Positions 9,418 through 18,968 of a DNA stretch of 64,000 bases are shown one piece after another. The number at the start of each line of letters is the position of its first letter. The first letter of the stretch is position 1. The notes under the pieces are model-generated. The model saw only the letters and a program-made list of their open reading frames with translations. It did not search any database and was not told where the DNA came from. The DNA is from Bacteroidales bacterium. GTDB taxonomy: Bacteria > Bacteroidota > Bacteroidia > Bacteroidales > WRLA01. Made by a program: the position numbers and the translations under genes. The stretch covers positions 1,282,497 through 1,346,496 of the forward strand of contig OY781097.1 of assembly GCA_963676415.1 (NCBI GenBank), given 5' to 3'.

Positions 9418-11532
9418 TTACGCCCCAAACACCAAACGGAAACAACTGCCTTTGCCTTCGGTGCTGTCGATTTCAATTTGCCCGCCCATTTTTTGTGCAA
9501 ACTCAAAACAAATCTTGATCCCTAATCCGGTTCCATTTTCCCCTTCTGTCCCTGTTTGTGATTCCATCTCACCCAGGTTTTTAATTTGGTTTAGCTGATC
9601 ATCAGACATCCCGATTCCGTTATCCTGCACACTGATTGAAATCCGGTTGTCTTTCTCACTTGCTTCCAATTGAATTTCGCCACCTTTGTGCGTAAACTTA
9701 ATCGCATTTGAAATCAGGTTTCTCAGTACAGTGGAAAGCAAATGCTCGTCCAGCTTTGCAGTTATATGCTGACCGCTTGATATTTTGAGTTTTATCTTTT
9801 TAAGCTCTGCTGAAGTCAGCATTTGTTCGCGGATATTGCTCAAAGTATCTCCAATATTCAAATCCTGCAGGTATAGAGCTATTTTACCACTTTGAAAACG
9901 CGACCATTCGAGCAGGTTGAGCACCAAATTGTAATTTTCTGAGGAGGTTTTGTTAATGAGAATAATCATATCGCGACGTTCCTCTTCTGAAAGGCTGTTC
10001 CAGTCGGTCATCAATATATCAGAAAATCCAAGCAAGGAATTAAACGGGCCTTTTAGGTCATGTGCAATAATGGAATATAAGCGGTCGCGCGTACTGTTGA
10101 TTTCCTGAAGCTCGCGGGCATATGCTTCAATTTCATCGCGTTGCGTAGCCAGCTCTTCATTGCGCTGCTGGATGGATTTGTTTGAAATAATAAGTGATTT
10201 ATTGGCTTTTTTTCGCTGCCGGTTCAAACGCTCCATTAAAAAAATGAGGGCCAAAAAAATACCGACAAAAAGAATAGAAAGGTACAGTGCTCTCTTCTGA
10301 TATCTTATAACCTTATCAGCCTGCTGTTTATCTGAACTGAGCTTATTGATTTGCCTCAACTGTTGCTGAAACTGGTACCGGGCTTCCAGCTGATTGATCT
10401 CCTGTATCTTATCTTTACTCATTAAGCTGTCATTCAGTTCAAAAAGCAAAAGTGAAGCATCAAGAGCATTTTCATATTCTCCGAGCATTTTATATGCCTG
10501 GGTTTTATGCTTCATAGCCATAACCTGAGCAGACAAAACATCGGTATTCTTTGCCAAGATATAAGCCGAATCCAGATATGCTATCGATTCTTTAAGTAAC
10601 TTTTCCCGTTCGGCCCTGTCCTCAGTACTCTTCGCTTCTTCAATCAAAAGCCGGCCATAATTTTTATAGGAAATGGATGCGCTTTTGGGCTTGTTTTTCT
10701 TGATGTTTGCCAGTGCATATTGAAAGAAATAGGCTGCGGAATCCAAATTTCCCTGATCCAGATACAATTCACCCATATTGGTCATGGCTATGCCAATGTT
10801 TTTTGAGTTATCGGACAGTGCGCAAAGTTCAATGGCTTTTGTCAGATATTGCTTTGCTTTCTCACGCTCATCAGTAAGATCCAAAAAAATACTGGCCAAA
10901 TTAATATAAACACTGATCAATCCATTGGTGTCCTGCAACTCTGAATCAATGTACAAGGCCCTTTTTTGATATTGAAAAGCAAGTTCCTGGTTTTTCTGTT
11001 TTTTGTGGATGATGCCAATATTGGTGAGGCATGCACTGTAAAGCTTTAGGTCTCTGGTCGTATCCAGTGCATCAATGGCCTGATGAAAATACTCGAGAGC
11101 AACCGGATATTCTCCTTTGATTCCGTATATGGCTGCAATCCCAATAAGGCTATTGCCCATAAGCCGACCGTTTCCCAAATCCATAAATAAATTGGCGGCC
11201 TTTTTAAAATTATCAAGAGCCAAAGTGTAATCACCACTTTGCCAATAAACAGATGCAAGCTTTTGATAGGAGTTTGCTTCAATGCTCCTGAAGTTTTTGA
11301 CCCTTGATTCTTTAATAATACCGTTAATCATTTCTATGGCACTATCTTTATAGTCTCTGGACATCTGATACGTCAGGTTATATCTGTACACCAGGCTGAG
11401 GCTATCATTGTCCGTTTTGTTTAACAGCTGTTTGATACTGTCTTCTGATCCGTTTTGAGCTACAATATTTATTTCGCCCACAAAAGTGATCAGCAGTAAA
11501 AAACACAATGCTATTAACCTGGAATTTTGCAT
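9418..11532 (-). CDS. TPR-containing sensor histidine kinase (orphan)
   Basis: TPR repeats, a TM segment, H-box IIAHDLKGPF, N-box NLISNAIKFT and G-boxes DNGIG and GTGLG. Confidence 0.92.
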   Translation of the reverse strand: MQNSRLIALCFLLLITFVGEINIVAQNGSEDSIKQLLNKTDNDSLSLVYRYNLTYQMSRDYKDSAIEMINGIIKESRVKNFRSIEANSYQKLASVYWQSGDYTLALDNFKKAANLFMDLGNGRLMGNSLIGIAAIYGIKGEYPVALEYFHQAIDALDTTRDLKLYSACLTNIGIIHKKQKNQELAFQYQKRALYIDSELQDTNGLISVYINLASIFLDLTDEREKAKQYLTKAIELCALSDNSKNIGIAMTNMGELYLDQGNLDSAAYFFQYALANIKKNKPKSASISYKNYGRLLIEEAKSTEDRAEREKLLKESIAYLDSAYILAKNTDVLSAQVMAMKHKTQAYKMLGEYENALDASLLLFELNDSLMSKDKIQEINQLEARYQFQQQLRQINKLSSDKQQADKVIRYQKRALYLSILFVGIFLALIFLMERLNRQRKKANKSLIISNKSIQQRNEELATQRDEIEAYARELQEINSTRDRLYSIIAHDLKGPFNSLLGFSDILMTDWNSLSEEERRDMIILINKTSSENYNLVLNLLEWSRFQSGKIALYLQDLNIGDTLSNIREQMLTSAELKKIKLKISSGQHITAKLDEHLLSTVLRNLISNAIKFTHKGGEIQLEASEKDNRISISVQDNGIGMSDDQLNQIKNLGEMESQTGTEGENGTGLGIKICFEFAQKMGGQIEIDSTEGKGSCFRLVFGA

Positions 11533-11643
11533 TTTCAAATATATGTAAATTGTTCCGAATTAGACAAGCTATATTTATTTATAAATTTGATTCGGGCAAT
11601 ATCCATGCGGTCAAATTTGTATTTTTGCACAAAATTGATCGTT

Positions 11644-12351
11644 ATGGCTTTGATTTTAAGCATAGAAACAGCTACACCGGTTTGTTCGGCGGCTTTGCTC
11701 AATAATGAGGGGTGCATCCTGGAGCATTTTACAACTGAGGAAAACGCCCACAGCCGTCAGCTTACGGTTTTCCTTGAAGAAATTATGAAAGAAACAGCGC
11801 ATTCTTTTGCTCAGCTTGATGCTGTTGCTGTGAGCGAAGGCCCGGGCTCCTATACCGGTTTGCGTATTGGCGTTTCGGCAGCCAAAGGTATTTGTTATGC
11901 GCAGGATATTCCACTCATCGGCATAAGCTCTTTGCAATCAATGGCCGCCGGGATGCTGCAGCTTGATACCGATTCGGATTACAACAGCCTCTATCTGCCC
12001 ATGATGGATGCCCGCAGGATGGAAGTTTATGCCGCGGTATTTGACCATAAAAACCGATTAATGCGCAATGTCAAAGCAGATATCCTGGATGATCTGACCT
12101 ATATCGAATACCTCGAAGGAGGTTACCGCATGGTTTTGGCAGGAAACGGAGCCGGTAAATCAAAGGAATTGTACGCAGAACGAAAAAATATGGTTTATCT
12201 CGATGATTTCCGAGTTTCTGCAAAGCATGCCCACCAAATTGCTTTTAAAAAATTTCTTGTGCAGGATTTTGTTGATACTGCTTATTTCGAGCCATTTTAT
12301 CTGAAAGCATTTATTGCCGGTAAACCCAAAGTGAAAGGACTTTACGCTTAA
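11644..12351 (+). CDS. tsaB: tRNA threonylcarbamoyladenosine biosynthesis protein TsaB
   Basis: ILSIETATPVCSAAL, GPGSYTGLRIG, DARRMEVY and AYFEPFYLK motifs. Confidence 0.95.
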   Translation: MALILSIETATPVCSAALLNNEGCILEHFTTEENAHSRQLTVFLEEIMKETAHSFAQLDAVAVSEGPGSYTGLRIGVSAAKGICYAQDIPLIGISSLQSMAAGMLQLDTDSDYNSLYLPMMDARRMEVYAAVFDHKNRLMRNVKADILDDLTYIEYLEGGYRMVLAGNGAGKSKELYAERKNMVYLDDFRVSAKHAHQIAFKKFLVQDFVDTAYFEPFYLKAFIAGKPKVKGLYA

Positions 12352-12354
12352 ATT

Positions 12355-12924
12355 ATGAAGAAAATTGTTATACTGGCTTCGGGCAGCGGCACTAATGCCC
12401 AACGGATAATAGAATATTTCAAAGAAAAAAAAACAGCGGAAGTCGAAGCGGTTTTTTCCAATCGCAAAGAAGCTTTTGTGCTGCAAAGGGCTAAAAAATT
12501 CGGCGTGCCGGCAAAGCATTTCAGCCGTGCTGATTTTTATGAAAACAACAGCCTTTTTGAGGAAATCAAAACCTTGCAGCCCGATTTGATCATCCTGGCC
12601 GGTTTCCTTTGGCTGATACCGAACAATATCCTGAAAAACTGGCACGATCGAATCCTTAATATTCATCCGGCTTTGCTGCCAAATTATGGCGGAAAAGGCA
12701 TGTACGGCCATCATGTGCACGAAGCGGTGATCAAAAACAAAGAAAAAGAATCGGGGATTACCATTCATCTGGTGAACGAACGTTACGATGAAGGCCAACG
12801 GCTTTTTCAGGCAACATGTCCGGTGCTGCCCGATGATACTGCCGACAGTCTGGCCGGGCGCATTCACACGCTGGAACACAAGCATTTTCCCGAAGTAATT
12901 GATTCTTACCTTCAAAAAATATGA
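12355..12924 (+). CDS. purN: Phosphoribosylglycinamide formyltransferase
   Basis: ILASGSGTNA, LAGFL, NIHPALLP and GITIHLVNERYDEG motifs. Confidence 0.96.
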   Translation: MKKIVILASGSGTNAQRIIEYFKEKKTAEVEAVFSNRKEAFVLQRAKKFGVPAKHFSRADFYENNSLFEEIKTLQPDLIILAGFLWLIPNNILKNWHDRILNIHPALLPNYGGKGMYGHHVHEAVIKNKEKESGITIHLVNERYDEGQRLFQATCPVLPDDTADSLAGRIHTLEHKHFPEVIDSYLQKI

Positions 12925-13934
12925 GTGTCCACCATTTCAATATTCCCATTTTTATTCCAGAAAAAGCCTGTCCGTTCCGTTGTGTTTTTTGCGATCAGCA
13001 CAAAATCACGGATCAAAAGCAAATGCCTACGGATGAGGAAATTACAAGCATTATTGAAAAACGCCTGAAAACCATTCCCGACGATCATCATTCCGTAATT
13101 GAGATTGCTTTTTTTGGCGGGAATTTTACCGGTATTCCTCTGATAGAACAGGAACACCTTTTGCAATTGGTGCAGCCCTGGCTGGATGGTGGAAGGGTGC
13201 GCGGAATCCGGATTTCAACGCGCCCGGATTATATCAACAAGGAAGTTTTGCAGCTTTTGAAGCAGTATCGGGTTAAAGTAATCGAGCTGGGCGCACAATC
13301 TTTTGATGATGAGGTTTTAATCAAAGCCGGACGTGGCCATACTGCTGCCGACACCGAAGAAGCAGCACAAATGATTCGCCGTGAAGGCTTTAGCCTTGGC
13401 TTGCAAATGATGACCGGTTTGCCGGGCGATTCTTTTGCTTCCATCATGAAAACCGCAAAAAGAATTGTGGCACTGGGAGCCGGCAATACACGCATTTATC
13501 CGGTGCTGGTGATTGAAGGCACCCAACTCGCCGAAATGTACAAAGCAGGAACATTTAATCCTCCGGACATAGCCCAAACGATTCAGTTCTTGCGCTGGCT
13601 GCTACCCTATTTCAGTGAAAGCAAGGTAGATGTAATTCGTGTGGGCCTGCATCCTTCCGAAAGCCTTTTATGTGGCGACGGACTGCTGGCCGGCCCTTTT
13701 CATCCGGCATTGAAACAAATGGCATTGTCAGCGGTGTGGCAGGATGCATTCTGGAATTATCAATTCGATACACGCCATGATGCCATTGATGTGTTTGTGC
13801 CTAAAGGACAAAGAGCCAATGCCATTGGTTATCAAGCGAAAAACAAAACAGCTTTGCTGAAAAACTTCAAAGAGGTAAAATTTTATATCGATCCCTTTTT
13901 GAGAGGCTATAATTTCTATGTTAATTATCGCTGA
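12921..13934 (+). CDS. Radical SAM protein (Elp3-like radical SAM domain without a KAT domain)
   Basis: CPFRCVFC (CxxxCxxC), FFGGNFT, ISTRPD, IELGAQS, MTGLPGD and GPFHPA motifs. Confidence 0.85.
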   Translation: MSVHHFNIPIFIPEKACPFRCVFCDQHKITDQKQMPTDEEITSIIEKRLKTIPDDHHSVIEIAFFGGNFTGIPLIEQEHLLQLVQPWLDGGRVRGIRISTRPDYINKEVLQLLKQYRVKVIELGAQSFDDEVLIKAGRGHTAADTEEAAQMIRREGFSLGLQMMTGLPGDSFASIMKTAKRIVALGAGNTRIYPVLVIEGTQLAEMYKAGTFNPPDIAQTIQFLRWLLPYFSESKVDVIRVGLHPSESLLCGDGLLAGPFHPALKQMALSAVWQDAFWNYQFDTRHDAIDVFVPKGQRANAIGYQAKNKTALLKNFKEVKFYIDPFLRGYNFYVNYR

Positions 13935-14607
13935 TCACCGGCTGCCTGAACAAGCACGGCAAAAACTGGCTGCTTTGGGCGATTTTTATCCTTTCGCAGC
14001 AAGTGCTGCCTACGAAGCCATCCGTTCACATCCCGATGTTTATATGTGCCCATTGCCCGATGGAAGCTTGATTGTGGCGCCCAATGCCCCACAAGCGCTT
14101 TTTCAAAAACTGAGGGAAAATCAAATTCGCTGGAAAACCGGGAAGAAAGCCGTCGGCACTGGTTTTCCGGATACGGCTTTGTATAATGCCGTGATGACGG
14201 AAAATTTCCGGATATTTCATAAAAAAATCACAGATCAAAGCATTACAGAATGGAAGTCCGGGGCGCAAAAAGTCGCAGTAAAGCAGGCGTATATTCGTTG
14301 TAACTTATTGATGTTAAATAATAGATCCGCCATATGCTCCGATGAGGGCATCTCATCAAAGCTGCAGGAAGCCGGAATAAATGTACTCCAAATAAATCCC
14401 CGGGGCATCCAATTGCCGGGTTTTGATTACGGATTTATTGGCGGATGTTTGGGATTATACGATAAGCGTGTATTTGTGAGCGGCAGCCTGGATTTTCATC
14501 CACAGGGCAAACAAATGGAAGCATTTATTCTGGAATCCGGCTTTCAGCTTGTAGAATTATTCAAGGAACCTTTGCTGGATGTAGGTGGCTTGTTTTTTCT
14601 GAAATAA
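13918..14607 (+). CDS. DUF6873-like amidinotransferase-fold (GME) protein
   Basis: AIRSHPD, TALYN, KQAYIRCN, LPGFDYGFIGGC and LLDVGG pattern, recognised from memory; 17 nt overlap with the radical SAM gene. Confidence 0.6.
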   Translation: MLIIADHRLPEQARQKLAALGDFYPFAASAAYEAIRSHPDVYMCPLPDGSLIVAPNAPQALFQKLRENQIRWKTGKKAVGTGFPDTALYNAVMTENFRIFHKKITDQSITEWKSGAQKVAVKQAYIRCNLLMLNNRSAICSDEGISSKLQEAGINVLQINPRGIQLPGFDYGFIGGCLGLYDKRVFVSGSLDFHPQGKQMEAFILESGFQLVELFKEPLLDVGGLFFLK

Positions 14608-14656
14608 AAAAACAAAATCAAAAGGCCACTGTTGTTAATTTATTTTTTATATTCGT

Positions 14657-14673
14657 TGTTCGTGCAAGAACTA
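14657..14673 (+). promoter_or_regulatory. Putative MarR operator 1 (GTTC-N6-GAAC)
   Basis: TGTTCGTGCAAGAACTA lies just downstream of a TATATTCG -7-like box and 4 nt before the marR ATG; matches the site at 15240. Confidence 0.6.
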
Positions 14674-14677
14674 ATTT

Positions 14678-15166
14678 ATGGACTACACAGAAATCATTAT
14701 CAAAATACGCAAAATCATCCGCTCGCTCAATATCGAGTCCCGAAATATTCAATCGGAATTTGGGATCAGTATTCCGCAATTCCTGGTATTGCGGTTTTTA
14801 TCTGAGCAAGAAGATTTTAAATCAACTCATGCCAATATAAGCCAAAACCTGGAATTGAATAAAAGTACGATCAGTGGCATTCTCAGCCGCCTAGAAAAGA
14901 AAAATTATATCGCCCGTTTGCCCAAAGCCGGCGATAAACGGGTAACACTTGTATCACTGACCTCTGTCGGATATAAAATTGTGCAGAACAGCCCTACCTT
15001 GCTGCACGATCACCTATCGCTTAAACTGAAGCAGCTTCCTGAAAATGATCTGAAAGGAATAAATTATTCCCTTGACCTTTTGCTTAAATGCTTTGATATT
15101 GAAGATATTCACGCCTCACCAATGCTCACCTTGGAAGATCCGATTGCTTCTGCAGAAGGCGAATAA
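14678..15166 (+). CDS. MarR family transcriptional regulator (EctR-like C-terminal tail)
   Basis: GISIPQFLVL, wHTH LNKSTISGILSRLEKK, DKRVTLVSLT and C-terminal IHASPML. Confidence 0.88.
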   Translation: MDYTEIIIKIRKIIRSLNIESRNIQSEFGISIPQFLVLRFLSEQEDFKSTHANISQNLELNKSTISGILSRLEKKNYIARLPKAGDKRVTLVSLTSVGYKIVQNSPTLLHDHLSLKLKQLPENDLKGINYSLDLLLKCFDIEDIHASPMLTLEDPIASAEGE

Positions 15167-15233
15167 TTCAATCTATAATTTGCAGGCATTGCCGTTTATC
15201 TCACATCCTATTCGGAAAGTTTGAGGATTTTTG

Positions 15234-15256
15234 TATTTTTGTTCGCATACGAACTA
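15234..15256 (+). promoter_or_regulatory. -7 promoter box overlapped by putative MarR operator 2
   Basis: TATTTTTG at 15234-15241 runs into the palindrome GTTCGCATACGAAC at 15241-15254. Confidence 0.65.
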
Positions 15257-15284
15257 TTAATGAACAAAAACGCACGTCAATTTT

Positions 15285-15641
15285 ATGCCAGAAATTTGTA
15301 TTACTTATGATGAAATGCTAAAGGAAGCAATAAAAGTACTTGAAGATGAAGGATATACGGAAATAAAAGCCAAGTCCAGCAAAGAATACAATGAACCGGA
15401 TAAAATCCGTAAGTCCCTTTTAGGCCCGTCCTACCAACCCGATATTACGGCAGTGCAAAATGACACAACATTTGTTTTCAGCATCATTACAGAGCCTTTT
15501 CCTGCAAGCCGTGGGCTGGAAGTTTTTGATTCCTATACCCGTAAACATGATGCCTGTCTGGTTTTTATCACCCGGCCTGCAATACGCAATGTTGTTGAAA
15601 GCCGCCTGGTATCACGTGGAATTACAGCAACAGTAATTTAG
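15285..15641 (+). CDS. Hypothetical protein (possible degenerate PD-(D/E)xK-like fold)
   Basis: 118 aa ORF leading the operon; GYTEIKA...QPDITA pattern with no following ExK. Confidence 0.6.
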   Translation: MPEICITYDEMLKEAIKVLEDEGYTEIKAKSSKEYNEPDKIRKSLLGPSYQPDITAVQNDTTFVFSIITEPFPASRGLEVFDSYTRKHDACLVFITRPAIRNVVESRLVSRGITATVI

Positions 15642-15651
15642 TCAGATTTTT

Positions 15652-17094
15652 ATGCAAACAATTGATATACTAATTTTTGGAGTATATTTTCTGATGGTTT
15701 TGGCCGTAGGTTTTTATTTTATGCGGCGGAACAAAAACGAAGAAGACTACTATGTCGGAGGCCGGGATATGGGCCGTTGGCATCTGGGATTAAGTGTTGT
15801 GGCCACAGATGTGGGCGGAGGATTCTCTATCGGCCTTGGAGGCTTAGGGTTTATTATGGGCGTTTCGGGAAGCTGGCTGCTGTTTACAGGACTAATTGGA
15901 GCCTGGATCAGCGCTGTTGTCCTCATTCCTAAAGCCTACGACATTGCATTGAAAAACAGGTTTTTAACTTTCCCCCAGCTGCTGGGATATTTCTATAATC
16001 CCAAAGTGGCTTTAATTGCCGGTTTAATCAGTTTAGTGGGCTATACAGGATTTACAAGTGCACAGATTCTGGCCGGAGCCAAACTGGCTACCGCTGCTTT
16101 TCCCGAAGTTTCTTTGCATACCAATCTTATAATCATGGGTTTGGTTATTGTAGTCTATACTTCGGTGGGTGGCATAAAAGCTGTGATTTATACGGATACC
16201 ATTCAGTGGGCTATATTGATGATCGGTCTGATTTTCATAGGAATACCTATGGCATACCATATGATTGGCGGTTATGAAGTCATCCGTCAAACACTGCAAC
16301 CGGAAATGCTTTCACTACGAAATGTTCGCTGGCAAACTATTTTAAACTGGGGCATTACCATTATTCCGGTTTGGTTTGTAGGCATGACGCTTTATCAAAG
16401 GATATTTGCAGCAAGGAGCAAAAAAGAAGCGCAGAAAGCCTGGTTTATCGCCGGAATTTTCGAATATCCTTTTATGGCCTTCATGGGTGTAATTCTGGGG
16501 CTTTTTGCACGTATTGCTGCAGAGCAAAGTGCTTTTGCCCATCTTGGTTTTGAATCTGCCGAAGCTATGGATCCCGAATCGGGCTTGCCCATATTACTTA
16601 CACAGGCATTGCCTGCAGGCTTTATCGGGCTGATGATTGCTGCTTATTTTTCCGCGATAATGTCCACAGCCGACAGTTGCCTAATGGCGGCAAGTGGAAA
16701 TATGATGAGCGACATCCTGCCATCCTGCAAAGGGCGATTTTGCCAATGGATGCGCCGAAACACCAAGCTGATGACTTTGCTGATCGGAGCTTTTTCGCTT
16801 ACTGTGGCATGGCGTATGGAAAATGTCCTGGAGCTGATGCTCTACTCTTATTCCGTGCTGATCAGCGGGCTGTTTGTCCCGGTAATCGGTGGCCTCTTTG
16901 CCCAAAGAAAAAGCAGTACGGCAGCATTGGCAGCCATGATCGGCGGTGGCCTAACAACTGTAATTCTGGAAGCCCTGGAATTGCCCCTGCCCTTTGATCT
17001 TAATGCCAACTTATTTGGAATATCTGCTTCGGCACTGCTTTATATATGCTTCTACAAAATCACAGCAAACAACATCAAGTCAGGAAAAATATGA
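15652..17094 (+). CDS. Sodium:solute symporter (SSS) family protein
   Basis: DYYVGGR, YTSVGGIKAVIYTDTIQ, YQRIFAA and AIMSTADS motifs; about 13 TM segments. Confidence 0.93.
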   Translation: MQTIDILIFGVYFLMVLAVGFYFMRRNKNEEDYYVGGRDMGRWHLGLSVVATDVGGGFSIGLGGLGFIMGVSGSWLLFTGLIGAWISAVVLIPKAYDIALKNRFLTFPQLLGYFYNPKVALIAGLISLVGYTGFTSAQILAGAKLATAAFPEVSLHTNLIIMGLVIVVYTSVGGIKAVIYTDTIQWAILMIGLIFIGIPMAYHMIGGYEVIRQTLQPEMLSLRNVRWQTILNWGITIIPVWFVGMTLYQRIFAARSKKEAQKAWFIAGIFEYPFMAFMGVILGLFARIAAEQSAFAHLGFESAEAMDPESGLPILLTQALPAGFIGLMIAAYFSAIMSTADSCLMAASGNMMSDILPSCKGRFCQWMRRNTKLMTLLIGAFSLTVAWRMENVLELMLYSYSVLISGLFVPVIGGLFAQRKSSTAALAAMIGGGLTTVILEALELPLPFDLNANLFGISASALLYICFYKITANNIKSGKI

Positions 17095-17573
17095 ATATGA
17101 TGAATGCCCCCGGGAAGAAAATCACTGTTTTCAATGCAATATCTATTATGTCGAGCCTAGAAATGTCACGAACTGTACGTTTTCTGAAAAAGCACCTTGG
17201 CGCGCATGAAAAATCAAAAGAAAACATACTTGCTGCGGTGGAATACGCGCTATCGCCGGTATTGACACAAGGTGGTTTTGTTATAAATTATTTTGAAGAA
17301 GATAATCTTTTGGGAAGCCTGGTGCTCAACCAAACAGGAATGTCGGGCTATATGTCGGAGAGCCTGCTGGTTTATATTGCCGTTCATACGGATCACCGCC
17401 GCAAAGGCATTGGAAGGAAGCTTATGGAAAGGGCACTGAAATTGTCTAAAGGAGATATCAGTTTGCATATGACCCGCGACAATCCCGCACAGGGGTTTTT
17501 CAAAAAATTGGAATTTGAAATTCCCGCCGTGGAAATGAAACTCAAACGAAACTTAAGCGATAAGGATGAATAG
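17091..17573 (+). CDS. GNAT family N-acetyltransferase
   Basis: Motif A YIAVHTDHRRKGIGRKLM and NPAQGFFKKLEF; ATGA overlap with the symporter stop. Confidence 0.85.
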   Translation: MNMMNAPGKKITVFNAISIMSSLEMSRTVRFLKKHLGAHEKSKENILAAVEYALSPVLTQGGFVINYFEEDNLLGSLVLNQTGMSGYMSESLLVYIAVHTDHRRKGIGRKLMERALKLSKGDISLHMTRDNPAQGFFKKLEFEIPAVEMKLKRNLSDKDE

Positions 17574-18717
17574 CACTTCATACATAGAACTGAGCCGTGG
17601 GGCATTGGAAAACAATTTTGAATTTTTAAAATCACTTTATGGCGAAAGCATAGAGATCTGCTCCGTGATCAAAGCAAATGCCTATGGCCATGGAGCCCGC
17701 CAATATGTGCCTATGGCAGAACAGGCCGGTGTGCATATTTTTGCTGTATTTAGCTCGGAAGAAGCACGTGTGGTGATGCAAGTAAAACAAAAAGGCAGCC
17801 GCTTGATCATTCTCGGCTCCATCAATGATGATGAACTGGGCTGGGCAATCCGCAATGGCATCGAGTTTTATGTTTTCAGTCTCGATCGGCTAAAAAAAGC
17901 CAAAGATGCTTCCGACGAGTTGAACATGCCTGCAGCGATCCATTTGGAACTGGAAACCGGCATGAACCGCACAGGGCTCAGTTATCCCGAATTACGGAAA
18001 TGCGTAAATTTTCTTTCAGAGAATATGGAGTCCTTCCGCATCAAAGGTATTTGCACACATTTTGCGGGAGCAGAGAGTATTGCCAATTATACCCGATTGA
18101 GCCGACAAACACGCCTTTTTCGTGGGCGTTTGGCATGGCTGAAAGAAAAAGGCATAGAAGCCGAACAAGTACATGCCGCATGTTCAGCAGCTTCCCTGGC
18201 ATACCCCCGAACCCGCTTTGATATGGTCCGTGTCGGGATTTTGCAGTATGGTTTCTGGCCATCAAAAGAAATTTATATCCAGTATATGACCCGGATGAAA
18301 ATTCAATCAGATCCACTGCGCCGGATTATTTCCTGGAAAAGCAAAATCATGGATATCAAAAAGGTAAAAACCGGAGAATTTGTATCCTATGGCATGGCGT
18401 ATCAGGCAACAGAAGATAAATTGATTGCTATTGTGCCCGTAGGCTATTCCAACGGTTATTCCCGGTCGCTGAGCAATCAGGGCAGGGTTTTGATCCATGG
18501 AGAAAGAATTCCGGTAATTGGTATGGTAAACATGAACATGCTTATTGCCGATGTCAGTTTGCTCAATAATCCAAAACAGGGCGATGAAGTAAGCCTGATC
18601 GGACATCAAAACGGCGCTGAAATAACAGTGGCATCCTTTTCTGATTTTACCAATCAGCTGAATTATGAAATGCTTACCCGCTTGCCATCATCAATTCCCC
18701 GTAATATTGTTGAATAA
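17566..18717 (+). CDS. alr: Alanine racemase family PLP enzyme
   Basis: VIKANAYGHG (PLP lysine), HLELETGMNRTG, THFAGA, VSYG, GYSNGY and NYEMLTRL motifs. Confidence 0.9.
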   Translation: MNSTSYIELSRGALENNFEFLKSLYGESIEICSVIKANAYGHGARQYVPMAEQAGVHIFAVFSSEEARVVMQVKQKGSRLIILGSINDDELGWAIRNGIEFYVFSLDRLKKAKDASDELNMPAAIHLELETGMNRTGLSYPELRKCVNFLSENMESFRIKGICTHFAGAESIANYTRLSRQTRLFRGRLAWLKEKGIEAEQVHAACSAASLAYPRTRFDMVRVGILQYGFWPSKEIYIQYMTRMKIQSDPLRRIISWKSKIMDIKKVKTGEFVSYGMAYQATEDKLIAIVPVGYSNGYSRSLSNQGRVLIHGERIPVIGMVNMNMLIADVSLLNNPKQGDEVSLIGHQNGAEITVASFSDFTNQLNYEMLTRLPSSIPRNIVE

Positions 18718-18739
18718 TGGTGTTTCGTTGATTTTCAAT

Positions 18740-18770
18740 AAAAAAGGGAAGCGCTTTTGGCAACTTCCCT
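18740..18770 (-). terminator. Intrinsic terminator between convergent genes
   Basis: AGGGAAG/CTTCCCT stem with an A-run on its left, giving a U-tract on the minus strand. Confidence 0.55.
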
Positions 18771-18968
18771 CAAAATGCTGAATTTGTGCAGGGTTCGTAG
18801 TGTACGTTCTTATGGTATTCTTTTTAACTTAAATCCCTGAAGCATTTTGCTATTGCATCATAAAAAAACTGTTTCATTAATTATTTTTGTGGTATGCGGG
18901 CTCTATTTATCGAGCCCGCATGAACAATCAACCAGTATAATCAAATTCCACTTGTAACCGGATTCCGG

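Noticed and set aside
18772-18921. Possible sRNA (AAAATGCT/AGCATTTT pairing and a GC hairpin at 18894-18921)
   Set aside because: Adequately explained as 3' UTR hairpins between convergent genes; no promoter or family evidence.
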